A stretch of 64,000 nt of DNA from Methanomassiliicoccales archaeon. GTDB taxonomy: Archaea; Thermoplasmatota; Thermoplasmata; Methanomassiliicoccales; JACIVX01. The notes under the pieces were generated by a model. It was not told the origin of the DNA and searched no databases. It saw only the letters and a program-made list of their open reading frames with translations. The stretch spans positions 71,168 through 135,167 of the forward strand of contig JARYLV010000003.1 of the NCBI GenBank assembly GCA_029907465.1, read 5' to 3'. Position numbers and translations under genes: made by a program. Below, piece after piece: positions 55,979-64,000 of the stretch (the first letter of the stretch is position 1; every line of letters starts with the position of its first letter).

Positions 55979-57703
55979 GTGCAAAGCGAGCTCATTCCCC
56001 CTTTTGAAGGAGCCAATCTAACGAATTACGAGGACATGTGCAAAGAATTCACCTGGGCATCACTCGAAAAGGAATTCGAATGGTCCAATGGCGCCCCATA
56101 TAATATTGCGTACGAAGCGATCGATCGACACGCGAAAGGATGGAGAAAGAACAAGATCGCTATCTATTGGGAAGGCGCTGATGGGTCAACGAAGAAGTAC
56201 ACGTTCAGAGAGATGCAGATGGAGACGAATCGATTCGCAAACGCGCTCTTGAAACTGGGCACAAAAAAGGGAGACCGCGTTTTCGTCTACCTCGACAGAA
56301 TCCCAGAACTTTACATTGCGGCGATCGGAACGATCAAGATGGGGGCCATAGTCGGCCCTCTGTTTTCAGCGCTCGGACCCGATGGAGTCAAAGACCGATT
56401 GCTGGATGCTGGTGCGAGAACCCTTGTCACAACGCCTGAGCTATATCGAAGGATACAGCCAACTCTGGATGAACTCACTGAGCTCTCGAATATCATCGTT
56501 GTGACAGATGACGAGAAGCTGGTCCCAACTGGATGCATCTCCTTCAACGAATTCATCTCTTCATGCTCACCGGATTTTAGGCCTGTTAGCATGGATCCCA
56601 ATGACCCCTATGTGGTCCATTACACATCGGGAACAACTGGAAAACCGAAAGGCGTGCTCCTCGGACACAAGTCCATGATCCAGCAATTTTTCACAAGCAG
56701 GATCGTCCTCGACCTCCAAGAGGAAGACACATATTGGTGCACGGCCGACCCAGGATGGGTCACTGGGACATCATATGGAATCATTGGTCCCTGGCTACTA
56801 GGCGCTTCGATCGTGTCATATGAGGGGCGGTTCGACGCGCGCGTCTGGTATCGCATTCTGGAAAAATATGGTATCACGGTCTGGTACACAGCTCCAACAG
56901 CACTAAGAATGCTGATGAAAGCGGGGGATGACATCGTCAAAGAATTCGATCTCTCCAAACTGAGGCATATATGTAGTGTCGGGGAACCACTCAATCCAGA
57001 GGTTGTGCGGTGGGGCGTGCGGGTTCTCAAAAAGAGAATACACGATACCTGGTGGCAAACAGAGACAGGCGCGATGCTCATTTGTAACTATCCATGCCAA
57101 AACATCAAACCTGGTTCGATGGGTAGACCCATACCTGGTGTCCAAGCAGCGGTAGTCGATGATGACGGGCAGGAGTTGCCGCCAGGACGCGAGGGATACC
57201 TCGCAATCAGACCTGGCTGGCCATCGATGATGGTCGGGATCTGGCGCAATGCTCCGAAATACCGCGAGTATTTCAGAATACCCGGCTGGTACGTCGCTGG
57301 TGATATGGCCTACAGGGATGAGGAGGGGTACTTTTGGTTCCTTGGAAGAGCGGACGACGTAATCAAGAGCTCAGGTGAGAGAATTGGGCCATTTGAGGTC
57401 GAAAGTGTATTATTGGAACATCCAGCCGTTGCGGAAGCTGGTGTCATTGGAAAGCCCGATGAGATTAGAGGAGAGATCGTCAAAGCATTCATTTCGCTCA
57501 GACCAGGTTTCACACCATCTGAGGAATTAAAAGAAGACATAGCTCATTTCGTCAAACAAAAGCTCGCCGCTTATGCCTATCCACGCGAGATTGAGTTTGT
57601 TGACAGACTGCCAAAGACGCGCAGCGGCAAGATACTGAGACGCGTTCTCAGAGCACGTGAGCTCGGGCTTGATGTTGGTGATCTTTCAACGCTTGAAGAA
57701 TGA
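55979..57703 (+). CDS. AMP-forming acetyl-/acyl-CoA synthetase
   Basis: The motifs are YTSGTTGKPKGV (AMP-binding), YWCTADPGWVTG and the C-terminal catalytic Lys in PKTRSGKILRR. The GTG start is preceded by GGAGG. At 574 aa it is shorter than a classical Acs. Confidence 0.8.
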   Translation: MQSELIPPFEGANLTNYEDMCKEFTWASLEKEFEWSNGAPYNIAYEAIDRHAKGWRKNKIAIYWEGADGSTKKYTFREMQMETNRFANALLKLGTKKGDRVFVYLDRIPELYIAAIGTIKMGAIVGPLFSALGPDGVKDRLLDAGARTLVTTPELYRRIQPTLDELTELSNIIVVTDDEKLVPTGCISFNEFISSCSPDFRPVSMDPNDPYVVHYTSGTTGKPKGVLLGHKSMIQQFFTSRIVLDLQEEDTYWCTADPGWVTGTSYGIIGPWLLGASIVSYEGRFDARVWYRILEKYGITVWYTAPTALRMLMKAGDDIVKEFDLSKLRHICSVGEPLNPEVVRWGVRVLKKRIHDTWWQTETGAMLICNYPCQNIKPGSMGRPIPGVQAAVVDDDGQELPPGREGYLAIRPGWPSMMVGIWRNAPKYREYFRIPGWYVAGDMAYRDEEGYFWFLGRADDVIKSSGERIGPFEVESVLLEHPAVAEAGVIGKPDEIRGEIVKAFISLRPGFTPSEELKEDIAHFVKQKLAAYAYPREIEFVDRLPKTRSGKILRRVLRARELGLDVGDLSTLEE

Positions 57704-57705
57704 GT

Positions 57706-58110
57706 TTACTCGAGTTCATCAGATCCCAATCGCTGCGATACGAACTTGAACATGTCCTTCCACGTTAAATAACCAACGAGCCCTCCATCATCATCGACTA
57801 CTGGCAAATGTCTAATATTCCTTTCACCCATAATTTTGAAAGCATCGGAAAGTTTGTCATCTGGTTTGATAGTGATTACAGGAGTGCTCATCACCTCTGC
57901 CACAGTCATGTAGAGAAGCTTTGACTGGCCCTGAAGGTACCTACGCAGAAGGTCTCTTTCAGTGAAGATACCGACGACTCTATCATCATCGACAACGACC
58001 ACGCTTCCTACATCATTCTCAACCATCAGCTCGATCGCGCTGATAACTGAATCGTTACTTGAGACGACTTCCTTTTTGCGCGTCATGAAATCTCTGACGA
58101 GGAGTACCAT
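57706..58110 (-). CDS. CBS domain-pair protein
   Basis: There are two CBS repeats (VRDFMTRKKEVV… and …LPVVDDDGGLVGYLTWKDM). Confidence 0.75.
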   Translation of the reverse strand: MVLLVRDFMTRKKEVVSSNDSVISAIELMVENDVGSVVVVDDDRVVGIFTERDLLRRYLQGQSKLLYMTVAEVMSTPVITIKPDDKLSDAFKIMGERNIRHLPVVDDDGGLVGYLTWKDMFKFVSQRLGSDELE

Positions 58111-58186
58111 ATGACCTTACTCCCAATCTTCATACGATATATAAAATCATCACGCGCAGAAGACAAGAGGGACTCAATAGTGCGCA

Positions 58187-58477
58187 CTATTGCAATTCTC
58201 TTGATTGCCCACACGGTTTTTCGATAATATCCCCCGCAATTCCCCCTTTCGTCAGGAGATCGATGAGGAAACGTTTTTCTTCCTCACTAGCGAAAGAAAT
58301 AACACCGATTTTTTCTGTGCATGTAATCGTCTTTCTCTTATGGATTTCAATAATTCCACACGTCTGATCCTTTTGTTGCATGATCTTTAATGAGAGGTAC
58401 ATCATATTTTCATCCACGCGAGGGAAATTACGAGTAGTATAAGTATACCTCTTAATATAATTCGACTCTCCGGTCAT
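58187..58477 (-). CDS. Hypothetical protein (96 aa)
   Basis: The call rests on the ORF alone and no motif is recognised. It lies 281 nt downstream of the CheY-like gene on the same strand. Confidence 0.35.
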   Translation of the reverse strand: MTGESNYIKRYTYTTRNFPRVDENMMYLSLKIMQQKDQTCGIIEIHKRKTITCTEKIGVISFASEEEKRFLIDLLTKGGIAGDIIEKPCGQSRELQ

Positions 58478-58758
58478 TTCCGATCTTTGCCGAGACTGTT
58501 ATCGACATCGAGATACTATTGCGCCGTTGCGGATGGAGAGATCCAATTACGATTGCGCAACCCAAATTTCTCAATCAATCACCGGTTGCAATCAAGCTGA
58601 GATCGGCTATTATTTCTTATGAAAATTCATTTTAACATTGAATGAGAGGGATACCATAATGATCTAGTTCGAGAACAGTTTATTTGAAATTCTTTCTATG
58701 GGTAAAATGAGAACCACTAACAACTAATTCAACGAGAGAAAATTCGGAACCTGTTTTA

Positions 58759-59136
58759 TCACCCTTCCCTTTCATCGTCTGCTAGATGATTTTTTATTCT
58801 TTCAATTAAATATTTTGAGGAAAACGGTTTAGTTATGACTTCGAGAGCGCCAGCTTCAAGCATCTCCTTCCCTCTTTGTGTTGCATATGCGGTAACTCCT
58901 ATTATTTTTGCTTTGGGGTCCATTTTCAAGATCGTCCGTGTTGCTGAGATGCCATCGAGGATCGGCATGAGAATGTCCATGAGAACAACATCAGGTTTCC
59001 AATCAATGTAGACATCAATTGCGATTTTGCCATTGGGTGCAGTTTTAACTTCATAATGGGATGAGAGCATCAATTTCATGATCTCAAGAACTGCTTCATC
59101 ATCTTCTGCAACGAGGACTCTATGGATCCCACCCAT
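58759..59136 (-). CDS. CheY-like single-domain response regulator
   Basis: All canonical receiver residues are present: the acidic pair AEDDE, the phospho-acceptor in VVLMDILMP, Thr in IIGVTAY and Lys in VITKPF. Confidence 0.9.
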   Translation of the reverse strand: MGGIHRVLVAEDDEAVLEIMKLMLSSHYEVKTAPNGKIAIDVYIDWKPDVVLMDILMPILDGISATRTILKMDPKAKIIGVTAYATQRGKEMLEAGALEVITKPFSSKYLIERIKNHLADDEREG

Positions 59137-59137
59137 A

Positions 59138-60526
59138 TCAACCGATACTCCTCTTCATTCCTTTCATCAACTCTTCTGAAGATCGCCAAACATTTTCCAA
59201 CTTTCTAACGAGCTCAACAATTCGTTCATGTTGTATCCATATCTTCTCTTTCACATATTCATCACTAACATAGAATTCAAGATAACCTTGTGCGGCTGCC
59301 AGCGGATTGCGGATATTGTCCACAAGAAGTGCGAAATGATCCATATTTTCCCTTATCTGTGCCAGCGCGTCGTCTTTTAGTACCTCGTTTTCTCGAGCAC
59401 TGATCCCAAAAGCCAAATCGTTAGCAAGAGTGGCGAGCATTCCCCTTTCTTCAATAGAAAATGGCCTTTCAGATTGAATAAGGATTCCTCCTTTCACGAT
59501 ACTATCGGTACACATGGGAATTGCCATTGAATAATAGCAACTATGGGATCCAGCATACCTGCAACTATCGATGTGCAATCGGGATTCAAGGTACACGACT
59601 ATTTTCTCCGCCATTGCCTTTTTCAAACATTCTGCGTCATCAAGCGAGGCAGGATAGAATTTGAGTGCACCTCCAGTTGTTATAGCAATATAAACCGATT
59701 TGTAAAACTCTGATAGCTTTGAAGCCACCTTGTTGATGAGAATGTCAATATTCTTTTCAGAGATGATGAGAGAATTAATTTGATTAATGATATTTAAGAA
59801 CTTGTTCAATTCTTCGATCTTTCTGCGATAGGTATTTACCTCGGTCATATCTACCGCGAGATGAATGACCTTTTCGATTATTCCTCTTCGAAAAACCGGG
59901 GTGGCAATGATTGCATATTCACCGCCTGTGAGATCCATTTGGACTTCCGCTCGTTCAACCTGTTTAGTTTTCATCGCCCTCACACAGGGACATCCATCAA
60001 TTGGCTCATTCCTGTTATGAAAAACATTGAAACACTTCGCACCTACAACATTCTCAATGCCTTTACTCTCCAGTATTGTAGCGGTTTTCCGATTCACATA
60101 CTTTATTTCAAAGGAAGGATTGATAACGATGACCGATTCCCCCATTGAGGTCAATAATGTACCCAGTTCAATTTCGAGCATCTCTGCGTGTTCCTTCAAC
60201 TCAAGTGCTTGCCGCCTCAACCTCAGCAAAACTTCAATTCTCGCGATCAGTTCCACTCGTTCAATAGGCTCAATTATTAGTTCATCAACATCTTTCCATA
60301 AGTGTTTTTCAGCAAGGCTGAGATCCTGCTTTCTTGTAACTAGGAGCACGGGCAGAAGAATGTTTTCCTTCCTCATCCGACGGATCTCTTCCCACTTCAT
60401 CTTGAGCGAGACACCGTCAATAATCAAAAGATCGAAATCCTCGTTGCTGATTTCGTATTTCTCTGCCAGCATATTATCAAGCAATTTTCGATTACTGGGC
60501 GATAAGACATCGATTTTTATCTTCAT
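59138..60526 (-). CDS. Sensor protein: pseudo-receiver, PAS, GAF and C-terminal DHp-like helix, with no HATPase domain
   Basis: The N-terminal receiver-like fold lacks the acidic pair (DVLSPSN) and the conserved Lys (IIEPI). The PAS-like segment is GESVIVINPSFEIKYVNRKTATIL, and the GAF-like region ends at MLATLANDLAFGI. The C-terminal FALLVDNIRNPLAAAQGYLEF resembles an H-box. The protein ends about 60 aa later. Confidence 0.7.
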   Translation of the reverse strand: MKIKIDVLSPSNRKLLDNMLAEKYEISNEDFDLLIIDGVSLKMKWEEIRRMRKENILLPVLLVTRKQDLSLAEKHLWKDVDELIIEPIERVELIARIEVLLRLRRQALELKEHAEMLEIELGTLLTSMGESVIVINPSFEIKYVNRKTATILESKGIENVVGAKCFNVFHNRNEPIDGCPCVRAMKTKQVERAEVQMDLTGGEYAIIATPVFRRGIIEKVIHLAVDMTEVNTYRRKIEELNKFLNIINQINSLIISEKNIDILINKVASKLSEFYKSVYIAITTGGALKFYPASLDDAECLKKAMAEKIVVYLESRLHIDSCRYAGSHSCYYSMAIPMCTDSIVKGGILIQSERPFSIEERGMLATLANDLAFGISARENEVLKDDALAQIRENMDHFALLVDNIRNPLAAAQGYLEFYVSDEYVKEKIWIQHERIVELVRKLENVWRSSEELMKGMKRSIG

Positions 60527-60826
60527 TTCACTACTAATATTTCACGCTCTACTTCATATACTTCATCCTCTAATCCATTTTTCAAACATCTGCATAATAT
60601 TGATCTAGACCCGCAATCCTTTCGTGTTACACAGTGCGGATATCCTTGCAATTCGATTATCGTCCCTAACCATTGGATATGATTGGTAGAGTTCGAAATA
60701 ATTTTTATTCATCTCTGCTTTTTTCTAAGAATCACAGAAGTCATTTGATTTGTACTAGTTACTAAAGCCGAATCCTGACAATTCGCAGGTGACGGAATTA
60801 TCAATCCCTCGAAAAATACCATGCCT

Positions 60827-62251
60827 TTATTCTTCCTTGCCAGGTATCCCTGTCAAGAGGCCTCTCATTTTTTTAAGCGGAGAGCCCACAATGATTCCTC
60901 TGGGTGTAATTTCGAAGCTCCTGAAAGACTTATCAAAATCGCTAATCCTCATCTTGATGATTCCAATACATCTTCTTATTTCCCCTTCGTATTCATAATA
61001 TCTAAGGAGTATGATGTTATCAGCGAGATAGTTTACATCCAGACCCAAGATAACCCGTTCGCCTACGATGTCGTTCAATTCGTTTGGAATGAATACTGTA
61101 ACTCCTCTTGCAGTCAGAATCCTACAGAGAATATGGAGATGCTTCCTCAAGTCTTCTCCCATTACGGACAACCCGTACCCGCTGAGGCTGTCCAAAAGGA
61201 CGTACTTAACATTCCTCTTCTCTACGTCCATGAGAACCATGTGGGCAAACTCCTCTGGCGTTAAGACCAAGGGAGGAATGTGTTTCAGGGTCAACCTACC
61301 ATCGCCCACCATCAAAGGAATCTTCAATCCTATTCTTTCACCTCCCCTTATGATTGTTTCGACGTCTTCATCAAAAGTATAAACTGCGGCCTTATGACCA
61401 CGAACACAAGCTTCGCAAACTATCGTCAGAGCAAGAAGAGTTTTTCCGACCCCCGACGGACCCGATATTATCGTTACTGTGCCTCTTTCAATTCCTCCTC
61501 TCAACATCTCATCCAGCCCAACTATTCCAGTCGGCACTTTTTCCATGGCGAAGTTTCTCGAAAATGAAAAAGGGATAATACGAGGAAAAACAGAGATTCC
61601 ACCATTGCCGATACGCATTATATGAACCCCTGGCAAGAACGTACTGCCTCTCATTTTGGTTACCTGGATTCTAAAGGCTTTCTCATCCCTATCAAGCTCA
61701 ATGATTCCATCTGCAACAAATTGAAGATCTTCATCGGGTGCCTCATGACTTGATTCGGACGTAAACATCACCGTAATTCCCTTTTCAATTAAGAACCGAA
61801 TTAAAGATAGCACTTGCTTTCGATATTGAAAAGAATCAGGCGCCAGATAACGAAATTGAGTAAGAGAATCGATGAAAACTCTTTTGGGTGTTACCTCTTC
61901 AATCTTTCTCACGATCGCCGAAGTAATAGGTTCTCTTTCTACCTCCGCTGGTGAGAAAATATCGTAAGTTTCAACCTCAGCAAAGTATTGAGGCGTAGGT
62001 GAGAGATCTAAGAAATGAACCCCCTGCGGGTCCAGCTCCAGTGCCAATGCATTCGCTTTTATTGACTCTGGATTTTCGGAGAGAGTAATGAATAGCGAAC
62101 TTTCACCACGATTTGTGCCCTCAAGAAGAAACTGCATTCCGAGTGTTGTCTTCCCGACACCAGGTTCGCCTCTTATGAGATATGCCCTACCGGGTATTAG
62201 CCCGCCACCGAGAATATCGTCCAAACTAGGAATGCCGCATGAGATTCTCAT
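60827..62251 (-). CDS. kaiC: KaiC-family double RecA-like domain ATPase
   Basis: There are two KaiC-type domains. Domain 1 has GIPSLDDILGGGLIPGRAYLIRGEPGVGKTTLGMQF. Domain 2 has TGIVGLDEMLRGGIERGTVTIISGPSGVGKTLLAL. The first ATG is at 62251, about 30 nt after a TATA-like ATTAATTA. Confidence 0.85.
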   Translation of the reverse strand: MRISCGIPSLDDILGGGLIPGRAYLIRGEPGVGKTTLGMQFLLEGTNRGESSLFITLSENPESIKANALALELDPQGVHFLDLSPTPQYFAEVETYDIFSPAEVEREPITSAIVRKIEEVTPKRVFIDSLTQFRYLAPDSFQYRKQVLSLIRFLIEKGITVMFTSESSHEAPDEDLQFVADGIIELDRDEKAFRIQVTKMRGSTFLPGVHIMRIGNGGISVFPRIIPFSFSRNFAMEKVPTGIVGLDEMLRGGIERGTVTIISGPSGVGKTLLALTIVCEACVRGHKAAVYTFDEDVETIIRGGERIGLKIPLMVGDGRLTLKHIPPLVLTPEEFAHMVLMDVEKRNVKYVLLDSLSGYGLSVMGEDLRKHLHILCRILTARGVTVFIPNELNDIVGERVILGLDVNYLADNIILLRYYEYEGEIRRCIGIIKMRISDFDKSFRSFEITPRGIIVGSPLKKMRGLLTGIPGKEE

Positions 62252-62340
62252 TGAATACAAATAATGCGCACTCGATAATTAATGTTGTTCATTACCGCAC
62301 TATCTTGCCATCACATCACAAATCATTTGTAATAATGAAA

Positions 62341-62838
62341 TTAGGAAGCAGAAAGACCACGCAGAATAGAAAGAACGAATTCATCAACGCGCTTTTCCCA
62401 ACCTTCTGTCAAAGGGCCTTTGAGCGTCGTTCCAGAAACAAAAAACATCATGTCAGCTACTTTCACTAATCCTTTACTCTTCAAAATCTCATCGATTTCT
62501 GGGATCGTTTTCCTCCATCGAGCCATTTCCTCGTCCGTAGGCATTTTCCCCGTTTTCCTATCGGGCACCGCCTCCCCGTGCGTCGCAAACACAGCATACT
62601 TTGCCCCTTGCGGTAACCTCGCTTTTTTGAGAAATCTGCGCATACTGCCGATGGGTCTTCCAATTCTCGTCGGTGAGCCGAATACGTAGAGGTCAGCGAT
62701 AGGAATTACCTTAGGATTTGATTCTTTCACATGGTGAACATTAACCTGATGCCCATGATTACTCATCACATTCTTGAACTCCTCCGCCACTTTTTGGCCA
62801 TTGCCAAATCTTGAAGCATGGAATAATTCAACAATCAT
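62341..62838 (-). CDS. Flavodoxin-like fold protein
   Basis: The protein is 165 aa. The N-terminus FHASRFGNGQKVAEEF resembles the flavodoxin/HemG-type FMN phosphate loop. The later YVFGSPTRIG also fits. Confidence 0.6.
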   Translation of the reverse strand: MIVELFHASRFGNGQKVAEEFKNVMSNHGHQVNVHHVKESNPKVIPIADLYVFGSPTRIGRPIGSMRRFLKKARLPQGAKYAVFATHGEAVPDRKTGKMPTDEEMARWRKTIPEIDEILKSKGLVKVADMMFFVSGTTLKGPLTEGWEKRVDEFVLSILRGLSAS

Positions 62839-63080
62839 ATCATTATCATTAGATCAGGGACTATTTAAATGACCTTATGCACGACATTGAAAAAGATAGA
62901 TTGAATGATAGAAAAGATTCCTTAGATGATTCCACCATTGATCAACATGTTTCTTATCGAGTTCCCCACACCCAATCATTAAAAAAAAGGAAAAAATATC
63001 ACACGTTGAATGAAATTCTCTTAAACAAATCTTTTGTCTTATTTTTTGAGCAAGCATGCACTGAAAACCGCATAATGCAG

Positions 63081-64000
63081 TCACGCCTTTTTCAGATTAA
63101 TAACAAAAATGGCGCCATGCGGTTTGTTCTCCCCCACTTGGATGCTCCCGCCATACCGATCGATCGTTTTCTTCGCCAGATACAGTCCTAGGCCAGAGCC
63201 ACGATTGTTTCCATAACTTACACCCTCATCGAAAATCCGGTTCCTTATCGACTCTGGGATCCCAATACCATAGTCGATCACTTTGATTTCGCACGAGTTT
63301 TCATTAGTGTTAATAACGATATCAATTCTATCAGTCTTTCCATGAAGCACCGCGTTCCTGATGATGTTATCGAAAACTGACATGAGAGCGTCGTCAGCCA
63401 TTACAATGCAGTCACCTTCGATATTGAATCTGATAGGATAGCTACAAACGAGCTTTTCAAGGACCTCACCAACCCTGATCGGCTTGAGCCCAAGACCAGA
63501 AAACGCGAACTGCTCGAGTTCCTTCATTCTCCTTATTAGCTCCGTGCTCTTCTTAACGGCCACTAGTGCATTAGTTATGAACTTTTCGTTTTTCATTTCC
63601 AGAAAGAGTTCGAGGGAACCGCCAATAACAGTCAATTCGTTCAGTAAGTCATGCCTCATCGTTCTATTAATCACCTTGAGAATATCATTGAGCTGTCTGA
63701 TCGCTCCTTCTGCCCGTTTCCTGCTGGTGATATCCATGATGAACCCCTCGATCGCCACTGCTTCCCCAGAATCACTATAAATCCCCTGTCCATGTTCCCA
63801 CACCCATTTCTCCTCACCCCGACTAGTGACGATCCTGTATTCGATCGTGAATGGTCTGTGCTCCTTCAACGCTTTCTGGACCTCGTCCCAGACGAAAGAT
63901 CTGTCCTCAGGATGTATAATGTCACCGTAGGAGATCCTTGCATTCATGACTATATCGGACGGTGTGTAACCAGTGAGGGCGGCGCACGCATTGCCGATGA
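63081..64000 (-). CDS. PAS-domain sensor histidine kinase, 5' end outside the window
   Basis: The PAS/PAC region is FTIEYRIVTSRGEEKWVWEHGQGIYS…IEGFIMDITSRKRAE. The kinase motifs are H-box MRHDLLNEL, N-box NIIRNAVLHG, G1 DYGIGIP and G2 GSGLGLYLAK. The reading frame stays open to nt 64000. Confidence 0.85.
   Translation of the reverse strand, partial: IGNACAALTGYTPSDIVMNARISYGDIIHPEDRSFVWDEVQKALKEHRPFTIEYRIVTSRGEEKWVWEHGQGIYSDSGEAVAIEGFIMDITSRKRAEGAIRQLNDILKVINRTMRHDLLNELTVIGGSLELFLEMKNEKFITNALVAVKKSTELIRRMKELEQFAFSGLGLKPIRVGEVLEKLVCSYPIRFNIEGDCIVMADDALMSVFDNIIRNAVLHGKTDRIDIVINTNENSCEIKVIDYGIGIPESIRNRIFDEGVSYGNNRGSGLGLYLAKKTIDRYGGSIQVGENKPHGAIFVINLKKA

Noticed and set aside
60527-60826. A kaiB-like gene was sought in the 300-nt gap between kaiC and the sensor gene, and in the 90-nt gap at 62252-62340.
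   Set aside because: The longest minus-strand ORF is about 36 aa (MNKNYFELYQSYPMVRDDNRIARISALCNTKGLRV). It is far shorter than KaiB and has no thioredoxin-like pattern.
1-64000. The whole window was scanned for CRISPR arrays, rRNA genes, transposases or integrases, inteins in PolB, and in-frame TAG (pyrrolysine) interruptions.
   Set aside because: No spaced direct-repeat arrays, rRNA-like stretches or recombinase motifs were seen. PolB motifs are contiguous. TAG is used as an ordinary stop (for example L21e and the CBS protein ending at 11903). No recognised gene appears split at a TAG. The only split gene is the KamA-like frameshift.

Overview
This window reads as archaeal chromosomal DNA from a euryarchaeote. 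The combination of aIF-1A, Rio1, Pus10, L21e, L15e, RpoF, RpoK, PurP, CarS, family-B DNA polymerase and RPA supports this, as does a tRNA intron with a bulge-helix-bulge fold. A methyltransferase-type corrinoid protein would fit a Thermoplasmata or methyl-reducing methanogen-like lineage, but no genus can be assigned from sequence alone.

I call about 67 protein-coding genes and one intron-containing tRNA-Glu(UUC). I saw no rRNA, no CRISPR array and no transposase or integrase.

Gene content by region:
- 1.6-6.7 kb: a conserved translation and ribosome-biogenesis block.
- 11.4-15.4 kb: a P-type cation ATPase bracketed by CBS-pair proteins.
- 17.8-21.4 kb: a YchF-like GTPase overlapping PolB.
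- 24.8-31.7 kb: a surface-glycan cluster with a WbpB/WbpE/WbpD-like set, a flippase and three glycosyltransferases. Further pathway genes (WecB, a WbpA/WecC-like dehydrogenase, a second oxidoreductase) are scattered to 44 kb among housekeeping genes (UDG, pyrE, carS, XPD, serA, a serC-like gene, ltaE, an aspartate aminotransferase, pdxS, purP).
- 49.3-51.5 kb: RPA subunits.
- 52.3-55.9 kb: Memo, S2, RpoK and a LeuCD/HacAB-like pair.
- 58.8-64 kb: a sensory array.

Most noteworthy observations:
1. A co-directional, apparently AT-richer array at 58.8-64 kb. It encodes a PAS histidine kinase, a flavodoxin-like protein, a double-domain KaiC homolog, a pseudo-receiver-PAS-GAF protein and a CheY. 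No kaiA or kaiB is present. By eye, the KaiC lacks the cyanobacterial Ser/Thr phosphosites. The pseudo-receiver protein ends in a DHp-like helix, has Asp where the phospho-His is expected, and has no ATPase domain.
2. A long MJ0634-type KamA-family radical SAM gene is split by a 2-nt frameshift. The shift lies in a (GT)4 tract inside the CxxxCxxC cluster-binding codons.
3. An unannotated 45-aa Lys/Gly-rich ORF has its own TATA box and a GGAGG ribosome-binding site.
4. A ThiI-like THUMP protein has a degenerate PP-loop and sits divergent to a TauE/DUF1634 pair.

All domain calls are by-eye motif recognition and need HMM or BLAST confirmation.
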